Shown here: positions 10,601 to 18,238 of the stretch, in pieces | How the letters are laid out: the number at the start of each line of letters is the position of its first letter | Position numbering within the stretch: position 1 is the first letter of the stretch | IMG/VR virus record: IMGVR_UViG_3300032213_001988 | Location: 67,519 to 131,518 of that record | Reading direction: 5' to 3' (one strand) | Length of the DNA stretch: 64,000 bases | From: a virus | Translations under genes and position numbers: made by a program | The notes under the pieces: generated by a model | What the model saw: the letters and a program-made list of their open reading frames with translations, nothing else | What the model was told of the DNA's origin: nothing | Databases searched by the model: none

Positions 10601-12278
10601 CGTCTCCTGGACGAGGAAAGGCGATAGTTTCTTTCCACCAAGGATTTGCTGGGTCATGCAGTAAACTTTCGTGGTCACCAACCCAGTTAACAACATCTGG
10701 GATCTTTGCTTCAGCTTCTTCCCAGGTGTCATAGCCTAGAGCGTTTCCATCCTTGTTAAACCAAGAAGCGCGATGACCAAAATTGATCTGTCCTTTGCTG
10801 TTAACCTCAGCAATTATTTGAACTTGATTTTTTCCGTCTGCACTTGGAACAAGCTTTTGGAATGATCTAATCTCAGGAGCTCCGTCAACTGAATACTTGC
10901 TGATTGCAAGTTCCCAGCCGGCAGGAATGTCGCGGCCTTCAATGTCCTTGCCTTGTTCAAGCATAGCTTCAAACTTGTCAACTTCCTCGTTGTGCTTTAA
11001 TCTTTTTTCTTTAAAGAAAGCGTCATCGGCTGCTTTTTTGTCTTCCTGCACCTTAAGGATTTCTTTTGAGGATTCTGGCATCTTGTCATAAGGATCAACC
11101 TCAGAACCTGGAAGAACATCTGCATTTTGTGGCGCAGACATGATGCGCTTAAACTTGTCGTAGTCTTTTTCATCTGCGTTAGCAAGATCCTGTACCTGTG
11201 CCCAGTCATCAACTTGCTCGCCAACCTGTGCGCCCTTGTCACCGTTCTTGTCCTTGCGGAACAGTGTAAGCTTTCCATCAGACTCTTCTACAATGTAGTC
11301 GTCGTCAGAACCAAATGAACCATCTTCATTTTTCTTCCAGCCGAAAGGTGCGTCCATACGCATCTTAATCATGTCTTCCTTAGAGAAGATCTGCGCTCTC
11401 TTATCAAAGATAGACGAAAGCTTTCCTGTAAGTTTTCCAGCAACACTGTCTGGCAGAAGTGCCTTATACTCCTGAGCGTTACTTGACTCTACTGGGTAAA
11501 TACCGTCTGGTAGATTTGCGTCACCCTTAACTTGAACGAGTCCACGCTTACCATCAACACCAATAAACTTTCCATTGATAGGAACGTTGTTCCCACCGAT
11601 GTTAATCTTGAAGCCGATACCACGACCCATTTCAATCCAGCGACCTAAACGGTCACGCCATTGTAGATTTGCACGTGCGCTACGAGCAGCAGATGAATTG
11701 CCGGAGCCAAAGCTAAATGCAGCAGTAAGAGCTGATAGATAGATCTCGCGAGGAACTCCTCCTGCGACAAGAACTTGTAGAGATGCAATTGCATGTGAGT
11801 ACTCTGTTGAACTTCTGTCATAGAAGTATGCTGCTGCGACAATCTCTCTTGCTTCATCGTCAACACGTGGGTCTGCTGCGATCCAACGAGAACGAGCGTG
11901 ACGCAACGCTGAGGCAGTCATCGAGTTAGCGCGAGATGCTAAAGGGTGTCCTACTGGAAGTAGATCTCTATATGATACCTGTGAGTCAGTAGATATCTCT
12001 CCGGTGCATGCAAGACTAATAAAGGATGAAACTTCCTTATAGGCAACAAACTGACGAGTCTTTGTCTCTAGGCTTGCTGTCTTTGCCAGCGAGCGCTCTG
12101 CAACTAAAAAGACAGCCTGTTGAGAAACGCGACGCTCTGCAGGTACCTTTGCGTTTTCAGCTGCTGCAAGGTTGCGTAGCGACTGGCGAAATGACGTCTT
12201 GCTTCCACGAACGTTTGCCTTAGGAACAACCTTAGCCTTTTCTCTGTGTGAGATAAGTTCGTTAATTAGCTCGTACAT
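4653..12278 (-). CDS. 2541-aa multidomain protein: VIP2-like ADP-ribosyltransferase, PI3/4K/HipA-like kinase and C-terminal HYE-like ART; probable internal virion protein
   Basis: R-S-E motifs LHRGL / FSTS / NEQE (about 9150-9560). Kinase motifs YVKK, NEVLA, DAWLGNWD, DN, RVDPGG (about 8000-8680). C-terminal SHGL/GGLLS/DYVF/YEVMF. Lies between portal and protease. Confidence 0.8.
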   Translation of the reverse strand: MYELINELISHREKAKVVPKANVRGSKTSFRQSLRNLAAAENAKVPAERRVSQQAVFLVAERSLAKTASLETKTRQFVAYKEVSSFISLACTGEISTDSQVSYRDLLPVGHPLASRANSMTASALRHARSRWIAADPRVDDEAREIVAAAYFYDRSSTEYSHAIASLQVLVAGGVPREIYLSALTAAFSFGSGNSSAARSARANLQWRDRLGRWIEMGRGIGFKINIGGNNVPINGKFIGVDGKRGLVQVKGDANLPDGIYPVESSNAQEYKALLPDSVAGKLTGKLSSIFDKRAQIFSKEDMIKMRMDAPFGWKKNEDGSFGSDDDYIVEESDGKLTLFRKDKNGDKGAQVGEQVDDWAQVQDLANADEKDYDKFKRIMSAPQNADVLPGSEVDPYDKMPESSKEILKVQEDKKAADDAFFKEKRLKHNEEVDKFEAMLEQGKDIEGRDIPAGWELAISKYSVDGAPEIRSFQKLVPSADGKNQVQIIAEVNSKGQINFGHRASWFNKDGNALGYDTWEEAEAKIPDVVNWVGDHESLLHDPANPWWKETIAFPRPGDDEVIAKLPEAPSAPAAEPETSVISKLTPPEGAWKLKAPEAFEPEGRVDDEMSPDFSDDPEVIANKFGTDALVDGFIQGIVGKKDYALDLLEDDGDDEEVDDNGDPIEKKPGKPGPKKKKPVAKPVGLGVGALDFNNGEEWVPVEAIYLALKKQGYDADLLLAQLYDAGLGESKNQDLLKSLRKEENVQAETPLLDAIDPEDAEAIARANVDVALADSGSALVSQLMELNRNGEPNPKIVELADVIRKAKGNPVNDNDSAISEDLEKLLDDYIGGALNPDATPEEKQAFQALWATITALDEGISDGVERTRLANGVYAAIKKYNGSAEWSEVKEFFDKNGSINDLIKSKQALIDGRESIDSDTSFAGAFFRLMTESSRYNQVSLHRGLQVPNDSPLIEKIKNGDVLAFDARSFSTSDINASIFAGALSNSTDKTSIVFTVKPNKGRSVDLTTISTFNEQEHRMLGNFKIVEVKETTTSSGRKVFKVEIEMLSKRDAVLEGLDTSYNELLIKDNASPEMPEGYHKIDPARYESRAEQDFPDDFEDKPDAVARSYDRDVLAESFRQAIEDGSGEVVLEWEDEKEVTVAVELIRDALQIQGVDTNALLDDIANADPEAQASDEEAEPVEQSVDNPVNSIVEELSTEYDMEGWKKVGPQLGSNEGGFYEDAEGNRFYVKKPKSELHAQNEVLAAAFYKLLKVDAADIGIGSGDDGVKMTFSPDIIGSKQDLQEQLNNPEYLAKLQEGFAVDAWLGNWDVAGLGFDNVMSDGSGNPVRVDPGGALLFRAMGKPKGSLFGNDVNELDTLRDPSMNPQSAAVFGSMTDEQQKESARKLLDISNDDIDSMVDGIVTDTEAAQEIKDKLKARRQFILDRYDLLSEDTSIVVDNADISKEQDTDPEAVQTPEGKKAEIDSALDTAGGWAQEYADDEKQLAVYRKAFQAVADQIDTALVDWRNGEISDEELPGVLEELRGMLDTYDWDKDDIGLMNNVDDIDEQLRVLKDYIEEDNDKSTPAAPEPTAPAEAPEPVATESVTNPYKDKNGTPIEPGAKIRYEKKGEVLEGVLSRYDKNSGYVWVKMSDGGKPKVFSTKYLTVIDGDGGGGEGPKAPEAPDAPEPEAPEAPTPETPQDDIGQFEPTAQLTEDGKKVRVSFVHDGTRPFNPNSNGPAGYEEVLPYVVDSKLDVDGVDEITVEVPLDKMDDFAKEYKSVLDEDFVPEEFYGDIYTDNKKIQAHSKMILDLLDAQGTKISKEKADQIRDAIDEEGLVDWSEAEDADVISAITDIVAPGIVDISDEIAAGEKVTPAATKPSPSTPFPTEPILNDAANELVKLFSYGMPEGGKILAVHEKDGMIAATPDGETVYIIDAKKKTNYTPDSKPDFFEPGGNGIEVFQWRQPTKEENDALLEKIAQNKSEPFGTESEPIEDVDATDELEVPDGFTAIADSTGNQIFAGVKVADKDGVIGTVLKVNKDNYAFVDFGNGVVKWRSGKTLKSTNTLDENFKGPTTKKSTTKATGAGAEPVIVDSPADWSLSNFETVPALPDAIAKALDTGDKKAAMRGASAAVDADSIEDLDVRVMHVRNAEGVDGIQLKFKLTNWAGKRKVADIASMTEQERADAGIEVSKLRIPRITVGKDGVGDLSASETAYESPTGRTYKITTKDGIVIYIHRANPDASDTFSKGYGGAPARAFHNTVQIQAPAGATDDQIANALALAGVSQVRPATPADAKVLIENRLMSIFDAKTDANTNPKGAARTESLEKVKDKWGLTVDDVIVTTGPSGRIEYRLSEEGALKIWEATGKPEAMSHGLRNPGVLEYSMSDEQKVKAMTDWIVGFIDNPQGGLLSTTTRWTEGIGVNGQSSAADIGTGGADYVFTRPVKSADRKRYGTTDWVPTLYFDPKKVYQRLDFYANYTDAFGKRSKNKDVISAAQVGAYEVMFKQRLSWEDLDVMVVSKEVHVGVIEGLKARGINYIGGRPIEEVIITGTGASKS

Positions 12279-13370
12279 TTACTCGGTCTCCTTAACTGGC
12301 AAAAGGTCTGCGTCTTTTGACCCATAGAGAGCAGACGCAAGAACTGCTGCTCGATCAAATGGAGACTCGTTGTCACGTATGGCACGTAGCCAGGTTGCGC
12401 GTAGCGCTGGAACAATTTCATAACCTTGACCAGATAGCTCAGCCATCGCAAGTATGGCGTGCTCTGGTGAGTGATAATCTTCTTCATTCTGTAGTTCAAC
12501 GTATAGCTCTTGGCTAGCATAGAGTGATGCAATGATTGAGGCATCACCTTTACTTGAGCGTGGATGCTTTGCTGGCAAAAGATCATTGTCCTGCTTGTAG
12601 TTTGGATTTGCAGGACGCCCACTCTTTAATAAACGTAGGAACGCATTAACGCGAGCAAACGCCCAGCCGTCTCTTGTCATCCCTGGTCTGTGCGAGCTTG
12701 AGAACGCACCGGCGCCGCGACGATACACAGCCTTTAACATTCCAAGAGTTGCCTTACGACCTTCAGGCGCTTTCTCGTTGTGCTTCTTTACCTTCTCACG
12801 AAGAGTTGCCTCTGTTCGAGCGCTAAATACAATTTTCTTTCCACCCTTAGCAGATCCCTTAGGATTTTTCTTTGAGCCGTAGATGCGATCTTTCTTTGGA
12901 GCAGGGCGAGATCCGGCAGCGGTAATCTGACTGTCTTCAACTTGAACAACACCATCAGGGATAACTGCAAAACGGCACTTGCCATCATCTTCAATTGGCT
13001 GTGCAATAATCTTACAAACGCCAGGGCCTTCATACAAAACGCAGTTGATGCACTTAACACCAATTTCCTTGTATTCGTTTTCTGCGGCAGGCGTGTACCC
13101 TGCCCAGATTCCTGTGCGGTCCTCGTTAAACTTTCCGTGCTTTTCAGCAATTTCTAAGAGTGCCTGAGCAAGGTCTTGCTCTTCAGCAACAATAATCCCT
13201 GCAGCTGTAAGCGAGTCTGCAAAATCCTTTGGCACACAGTTGGGAACCATGTTCCCGTTCTTGCCCTTCTTCATACCGACTTGCTTATACCCGTCCCAGC
13301 AAGGACTCTTACCGGCAGCAGTAATAGCTGCTTCTTCTTCGTCTAAGAGAGTAACCCAGTCTTGTGCCAT
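12279..13370 (-). CDS. Modular head-operon protein (PCWDGY..VPNCVP module, HiPIP-like Cys module, basic HNE..KAVYRRG module)
   Basis: Start re-called to ATG 13370 (MAQDW), just after the Dps stop. Three modules are each preceded by (I/L)TAAG. Confidence 0.75.
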   Translation of the reverse strand: MAQDWVTLLDEEEAAITAAGKSPCWDGYKQVGMKKGKNGNMVPNCVPKDFADSLTAAGIIVAEEQDLAQALLEIAEKHGKFNEDRTGIWAGYTPAAENEYKEIGVKCINCVLYEGPGVCKIIAQPIEDDGKCRFAVIPDGVVQVEDSQITAAGSRPAPKKDRIYGSKKNPKGSAKGGKKIVFSARTEATLREKVKKHNEKAPEGRKATLGMLKAVYRRGAGAFSSSHRPGMTRDGWAFARVNAFLRLLKSGRPANPNYKQDNDLLPAKHPRSSKGDASIIASLYASQELYVELQNEEDYHSPEHAILAMAELSGQGYEIVPALRATWLRAIRDNESPFDRAAVLASALYGSKDADLLPVKETE

Positions 13371-13372
13371 GT

Positions 13373-13846
13373 TTAGAAACCGTAGTCTGATTTTTCTTCT
13401 GGTGTAAGGAATGCGTTTAACTGCCAACGCCACTTCTTGTGCATGTCAATACGACCACCGATGAAGTCAATAAGCCCTTGCTCGTTACTAGCATCTGCAA
13501 TATCAAAGGTCATGTTAAGAGACGCCAGCAAGATGTCATTTGCATCGTAAAGGTCCTTACACATTGCCATAGCGTTTTGTCCAACCTGCGCATCTTGAAT
13601 ATCTGCCGAACGAGCAAACTCAACAAGACGGTAAGGAGACGGAGAACCTAGCTTGAGAATCTCTTCTGCTGTAGGGTCAATAGCGCTATAGATGTCTTCA
13701 TAGATCTCGGCAAAGAAGTCATGAAACTGAGCAAAGTCACTACCAACAACATTCCAGTGATGTCCTTGAGCCTTAAAGTACATAACAACTTCGTTACCTA
13801 GCAGCTTCTTCAGCGCTTCAACGAGTTGTGGATTTTCTATGGCCAT
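13373..13846 (-). CDS. dps: Dps/ferritin-like protein
   Basis: HHWNVVGSDFAQFHDFFAEIYED...DPTAEEI Dps signature with ferroxidase His/Asp/Glu residues; 157 aa. Confidence 0.9.
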   Translation of the reverse strand: MAIENPQLVEALKKLLGNEVVMYFKAQGHHWNVVGSDFAQFHDFFAEIYEDIYSAIDPTAEEILKLGSPSPYRLVEFARSADIQDAQVGQNAMAMCKDLYDANDILLASLNMTFDIADASNEQGLIDFIGGRIDMHKKWRWQLNAFLTPEEKSDYGF

Positions 13847-15592
13847 TTACTGTGCTCCTTCTTCCGTTGCTGGAGGCGGTGCTCCATTGCCTTGTGGGCC
13901 AGTTGGCGTCTCTGTCTCCGCTGCTTCTGCTGCAATCTGCTGTGGTCCCTTAAGAAGTCGTTCAACCTCTGGCGGAATTGGTGCAAGTGATGTTGCCTGT
14001 GATGCAAGACGAGTTGCCTTCATAACGTCAGGAGCAACTGCTGCAAGCATTGCCTCTGTGAGCTCAGGTGTGATTGCACCCTTCTCTCTAAGCAGACGTA
14101 GTGCAACCTCCGTAGGAGTTGGACCGTCCTGTTCTGTAAATCCGTGTGATCTGCGCCATGCATCTCCAGAGATAACTCCCCGGTCAAATCCAGCATCTGC
14201 GTCGGCGGCGCGGTCATTACGCGTAGCCACCTGTGATGGGTCATACCATACGCAGATGCGTTCTACCTGTGCTGGGTCGAACCCATTTGCAATCAGGTAA
14301 GGACGCAGATAAACAACTGTAATAGCGTCTGCAATCAGAAGCATTAACGGTTCGATATGTGCTTTGTATAGTGACTCATCAATTTGAAGAGCATTGGAAT
14401 ACTTAACGTTTGCAAGACCTGTAACGATGTCCTTTGGAACATCAAGGCCTTGTAAAATTCTTTCTAGAACACGATCTGCGCGTTGTGCAAGTGCTGGGTC
14501 AAATGAACGCTCAAACTTGAATTGTTTAATCTTGTCGCCAAGTTCTGCTGGACCACGAATAATAAGTGGAACAACCGCAGACGCTGAATCCTCATCACGA
14601 ATAGGCGTTGTCATCGCATCCATAAGTTGATCCTCGAACTCGTCAGCCGCCTCCTCAGGAGTGTAGGCTTGATTCATTGAGTCATCATCATCATACGGAT
14701 AATCAGGATCTGGTGAACCTGCAACAGAAAGTCCGTCCGGAAGATACAAGGCGCCAGCATTTAGACGTGAGCGCGCTGTAGCACGGAACGTTCTGTTGAG
14801 GAGAAGTAGTTCTGAGCAAAGATCTAACAAGCCACGTAGGCTCGAGTCTGCTTCATCGGAGTAGCGTGGGTGCGCTCGCCAGATGCGACCGATAAACGCA
14901 TTGTTTGGAAGTATAATTTGACCAGGTTGTTTTTGTCCCGTGTAGGAACCTGTTTCACGTCGAGGAATAATTGTGTAGGCACCCTTTTGGTCAATCTGAA
15001 TCTCATCGACTGAACGGATATCCCATGTCTCAGGAAGACCTTGTCCTATGCGCTCTGGAATTTGAACAAGGTAGCACTCGCCAGCTACTGCAAGGTTGAG
15101 TGCTGCATCGCGAAGAAGACCAGCCTGACCGCCGTATGCTGAGTCAAGACGCACGATTGCGCGCTCTGCCGCTGAGGCAAGACGCTCATCGATGAGAGGA
15201 CTGTTTCGAACTGGAAGTGGAGGCTCTGCAGGATTGTCAATTACTGCTGCAAAGATACGAATACGAGATATTACCGAGCCAACTAGACTGAAGGCGTATT
15301 TAATTTCACCAATTGCATCATAGTATTCCCACGCCTCAGACTGCCAGGCGTTTGATCCTGATGTTCTGCGGCTACGGAATTGCTCGGCCTCACCTTTGTC
15401 ATTAAGACGAAGTTGAGATGCTGCTGCGGTAAGTCCACGAGGAGCTGAGTACGCAACTGGCGATGCAAAACCTGGAATGGTTGCTATCGAGCTAAGGGAA
15501 AGAGCAGGCGAGTTGATTGCACGACGAGTAGCTGCAGCCGACCTAGGGCGCTGTGATCTGTTGCCGCTTGAATCGCGACTAAATACTGCCAC
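13847..15592 (-). CDS. Portal protein
   Basis: 581 aa downstream of TerL. AWEYYDAIGEIKYA...SRIRIFAA and RLNAGALYLP motifs typical of actinophage portals. Confidence 0.85.
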   Translation of the reverse strand: MAVFSRDSSGNRSQRPRSAAATRRAINSPALSLSSIATIPGFASPVAYSAPRGLTAAASQLRLNDKGEAEQFRSRRTSGSNAWQSEAWEYYDAIGEIKYAFSLVGSVISRIRIFAAVIDNPAEPPLPVRNSPLIDERLASAAERAIVRLDSAYGGQAGLLRDAALNLAVAGECYLVQIPERIGQGLPETWDIRSVDEIQIDQKGAYTIIPRRETGSYTGQKQPGQIILPNNAFIGRIWRAHPRYSDEADSSLRGLLDLCSELLLLNRTFRATARSRLNAGALYLPDGLSVAGSPDPDYPYDDDDSMNQAYTPEEAADEFEDQLMDAMTTPIRDEDSASAVVPLIIRGPAELGDKIKQFKFERSFDPALAQRADRVLERILQGLDVPKDIVTGLANVKYSNALQIDESLYKAHIEPLMLLIADAITVVYLRPYLIANGFDPAQVERICVWYDPSQVATRNDRAADADAGFDRGVISGDAWRRSHGFTEQDGPTPTEVALRLLREKGAITPELTEAMLAAVAPDVMKATRLASQATSLAPIPPEVERLLKGPQQIAAEAAETETPTGPQGNGAPPPATEEGAQ

Positions 15593-15630
15593 TTATTACT
15601 CCTCGTCCTTGTTAACGGAACAGCTGGGCA

Positions 15631-15924
15631 TTACTTTTCCAGCCACGCGGTTATAACTCCTGCAGCTGCTGATAGCGCAAAAACAGCGCAAACGGCAATC
15701 GTAGGTATAGGTACTATAATATAGGAAACTATAACTAGTGATGAGATCCAAAATGACACACACCAGTAACAGGTGAGTAGATACCCAATTCCTCCGTCGG
15801 CTGGCTTAAACTTCTTCCAGACCTTCTTACGGAACTTGTCAAGAACTGTGTCCTCGATGATAAGGCGGCTAGCGCGGTATACTGCAAGTGCTAATATGAT
15901 GAAATTACCAAAGGCGATTTCCAT
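15631..15924 (-). CDS. DUF1360-like membrane protein
   Basis: RASRLIIED...GYLLTCYWCVSFW motif with hydrophobic helices. Start re-called to ATG 15924 behind AAAGGAA. Confidence 0.7.
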   Translation of the reverse strand: MEIAFGNFIILALAVYRASRLIIEDTVLDKFRKKVWKKFKPADGGIGYLLTCYWCVSFWISSLVIVSYIIVPIPTIAVCAVFALSAAAGVITAWLEK

Positions 15925-15935
15925 TGTTATTCCTT

Positions 15936-16304
15936 TCATTCGGTTGGATCTTGGTCTGAGTACACGTGGCGATACGGATTCCACGAGCGTAAACGTGAAC
16001 CGCAACCGCAGTTCTCGTCCTTCTTATAGGCGAGCATCTTGCCCGTATCGGTGAGGATATATGAATCCTCGGTTTTAACATTTGACTTGTGATGTTCGGT
16101 GTACCGTTCACGGAAGATAATCATTGGCCCTTCGTTTCCGTCAACCGCGACCATTACTACCTCATCGGTCACAACGATACGAGCCTTTGTTACCTGATAG
16201 GCACCGACTGTAATTGGCGCGGAGTGTAGGTCCTGTAGCGTAGGAACTAGGTCTGGCTGAGCAACTCCAACGAAAGCAGGGAATACATCGTGAACGATCT
16301 TCAT
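15936..16304 (-). CDS. Hypothetical protein with C-terminal CGCGS motif
   Basis: 122-aa ORF overlapping its neighbour by ATGA; CGCGSRLRSWNPY. Confidence 0.7.
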   Translation of the reverse strand: MKIVHDVFPAFVGVAQPDLVPTLQDLHSAPITVGAYQVTKARIVVTDEVVMVAVDGNEGPMIIFRERYTEHHKSNVKTEDSYILTDTGKMLAYKKDENCGCGSRLRSWNPYRHVYSDQDPTE

Positions 16305-16804
16305 TTGCCCAACCTTCTTGCCATTGCGCGATATGTAACGCCTGCCGCCTCGGCAAGCTCGCGAACTGGAACGTTTGACTCATAAAGACGAGTGCAGATA
16401 GCTGTAAGTTCTTCATTGGCTGCCGCCTGCGGAGAGAAGCCTGTCATCTTTGAACGGTAGCGACGAGCCAGCGGAGACAACTGCTCGATACGTGCGCGTT
16501 CTGCTTCACTTATTCCTGGAGAGACTGGGCGTCGTGATACGTAACCGCGAGGTCCTGTCTTAAGCTTAGGTAGAGGAACTGGTACATCAAGAGGAGAATG
16601 CTCGTGTTTACGGGCAACCCAAAACTTAACTGTAGAACGTCTACGCGGAGGGTTACACGCGTTACCGATACTTTGAAGAGGCCAACCTGCCTCGAACAAC
16701 TGTCCTACGCGGGTGTAGAACTCCTTGTGAAATAGAGTAGAGAGAAGCTCAACCTCAGACGCTGGTAGTTCCTGCTTACGTGCGGGACGACGCTTCTCTT
16801 CCAT
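16301..16804 (-). CDS. Double helix-turn-helix DNA-binding protein
   Basis: AGWPLQSIGNAC and VPVRELAEAAGVTYRAMARRL. Leaderless ATG 7 nt after TG-T-TATCGT. Confidence 0.7.
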   Translation of the reverse strand: MEEKRRPARKQELPASEVELLSTLFHKEFYTRVGQLFEAGWPLQSIGNACNPPRRRSTVKFWVARKHEHSPLDVPVPLPKLKTGPRGYVSRRPVSPGISEAERARIEQLSPLARRYRSKMTGFSPQAAANEELTAICTRLYESNVPVRELAEAAGVTYRAMARRLGK

Positions 16805-16831
16805 AAGGTACACGATAACATGTTGTGTACA

Positions 16832-18229
16832 CTAGCGAACTTTAAAAACGCCGCCGGTTCTATCACTTGGAATCTTGCGACCTGCCATCGAGCGTGCGGT
16901 GATCTTTCCACCAACGAAGCCAGCAGGAGGTTTAATGAGGAGCGCGGTTAATGCGTGTACCAATGCGTCAACGCGGTCTGGAGACTTACCTTCGCCAGGA
17001 ATCCACGAGATCATCTGTGATTCAAGGTCTGCAAGATAGTTAACGTGATGAACACGGCCTTGCTCATACGCGAGCGTAATTGGCTCTGCACGTAAAGCCT
17101 TTCCATACTTGGAGTGAACCTCTAAAACCTTAATGCTTGGATCGATAGTGTTAATTGCGTTGCGAACAAGCGCACCGCCTTGGTTAACTTCCGCGACCAC
17201 AGGGCAACCCCACTTGCGCGCCATTTGAACTACCTTGTTTGCCCACACGTCAGGAGATCCATGAACGGTTGCGTCTTCTAATACCCACGAGTTACGCTTA
17301 TACAAATCGCGCTCGCCAGTTGACGCACAAACTACAATTCCACACTCGTCGCGAGGATTCTCTGCAACAGACGGGTCAACGGCAACAACGCGCAACGGTG
17401 TTCCCATTGGTAGTTGAGACTCACGATTACGGTCAATAAGATCTGGTGTCCAGAGCGCACCCTCTACGTCCGAGAGCATCTCTCCGTATAGTTCCTGCTG
17501 TGCTAGTCGAGTTCCTTCGTACACACCCTTGATGGCGTCTAGATAGGCAGTAGACAGGTTTCCCTGGTTATCCATAGTTGAACCACGGGTAATGATAACC
17601 TTTCCAGTTTTTTCAGCCTCAGCCATTAGTTGATAAAGAAGAGGAACTCTCTTTGGAGTTGTGGTAACAACGATCTTAGGATTAGATCCAAGACGGGTAC
17701 CAACGCGTAAGTTATCAAACGCTGTCATACCTGCTGCGTCAGGAGTTTGACGCCAGGCAGCAACCTCGTCACCCCAGGCGTGCGTAAATTGTGGACCACG
17801 AAGTGAATCCGGCTCATCTGCGGTGAAGCAAGTAGCCGTGTTTCCATTTGGCCAAGTTAATCGTCTCTTTGACGGTTCATACAGCGGGCGCTCGCTTGGA
17901 GGCGTCACGTTGATGATTCCAGATTCACCTTCTACAATAACGTCACGAACGTCCGCGGCAGTACGAGCAACAAGCGCAAAACGTATTTGCCCCTTGTTCG
18001 TATACTTTGCTTCTTCTCTTATCCACTCTGCGGCGGTGCGAGTCTTTCCAGCACCGCGACCTGCAAGATAAAGCCAGATGTTCCAGTCATCGCCTTCAGG
18101 GCGCTGCTGCTCGGGACGACCCCAAAACGACCAGTCCCACTGTAAGCGCTCAGGATCAAATCCTTGAAGCGCTATAGCCTTTTGCTCGGGAGATAGTTTG
18201 GCGATTCTTTCTGCCATTGACTCTGCCAT
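16832..18229 (-). CDS. terL: Terminase large subunit
   Basis: Walker A GRGAGKT, Walker B AWGDE, nuclease motifs VVAVDPS and SPDRVDAL; 465 aa. Confidence 0.95.
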   Translation of the reverse strand: MAESMAERIAKLSPEQKAIALQGFDPERLQWDWSFWGRPEQQRPEGDDWNIWLYLAGRGAGKTRTAAEWIREEAKYTNKGQIRFALVARTAADVRDVIVEGESGIINVTPPSERPLYEPSKRRLTWPNGNTATCFTADEPDSLRGPQFTHAWGDEVAAWRQTPDAAGMTAFDNLRVGTRLGSNPKIVVTTTPKRVPLLYQLMAEAEKTGKVIITRGSTMDNQGNLSTAYLDAIKGVYEGTRLAQQELYGEMLSDVEGALWTPDLIDRNRESQLPMGTPLRVVAVDPSVAENPRDECGIVVCASTGERDLYKRNSWVLEDATVHGSPDVWANKVVQMARKWGCPVVAEVNQGGALVRNAINTIDPSIKVLEVHSKYGKALRAEPITLAYEQGRVHHVNYLADLESQMISWIPGEGKSPDRVDALVHALTALLIKPPAGFVGGKITARSMAGRKIPSDRTGGVFKVR

Positions 18230-18238
18230 GTTACTACC

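Noticed and set aside
48-15468. Numerous plus-strand and alternate-frame ORFs in the head operon (e.g. 7927-8529, 9088-9657, 13839-14300)
   Set aside because: They are antisense or overlapping shadows of long genes with strong motifs, lack RBS, and have S/L/R-rich composition.
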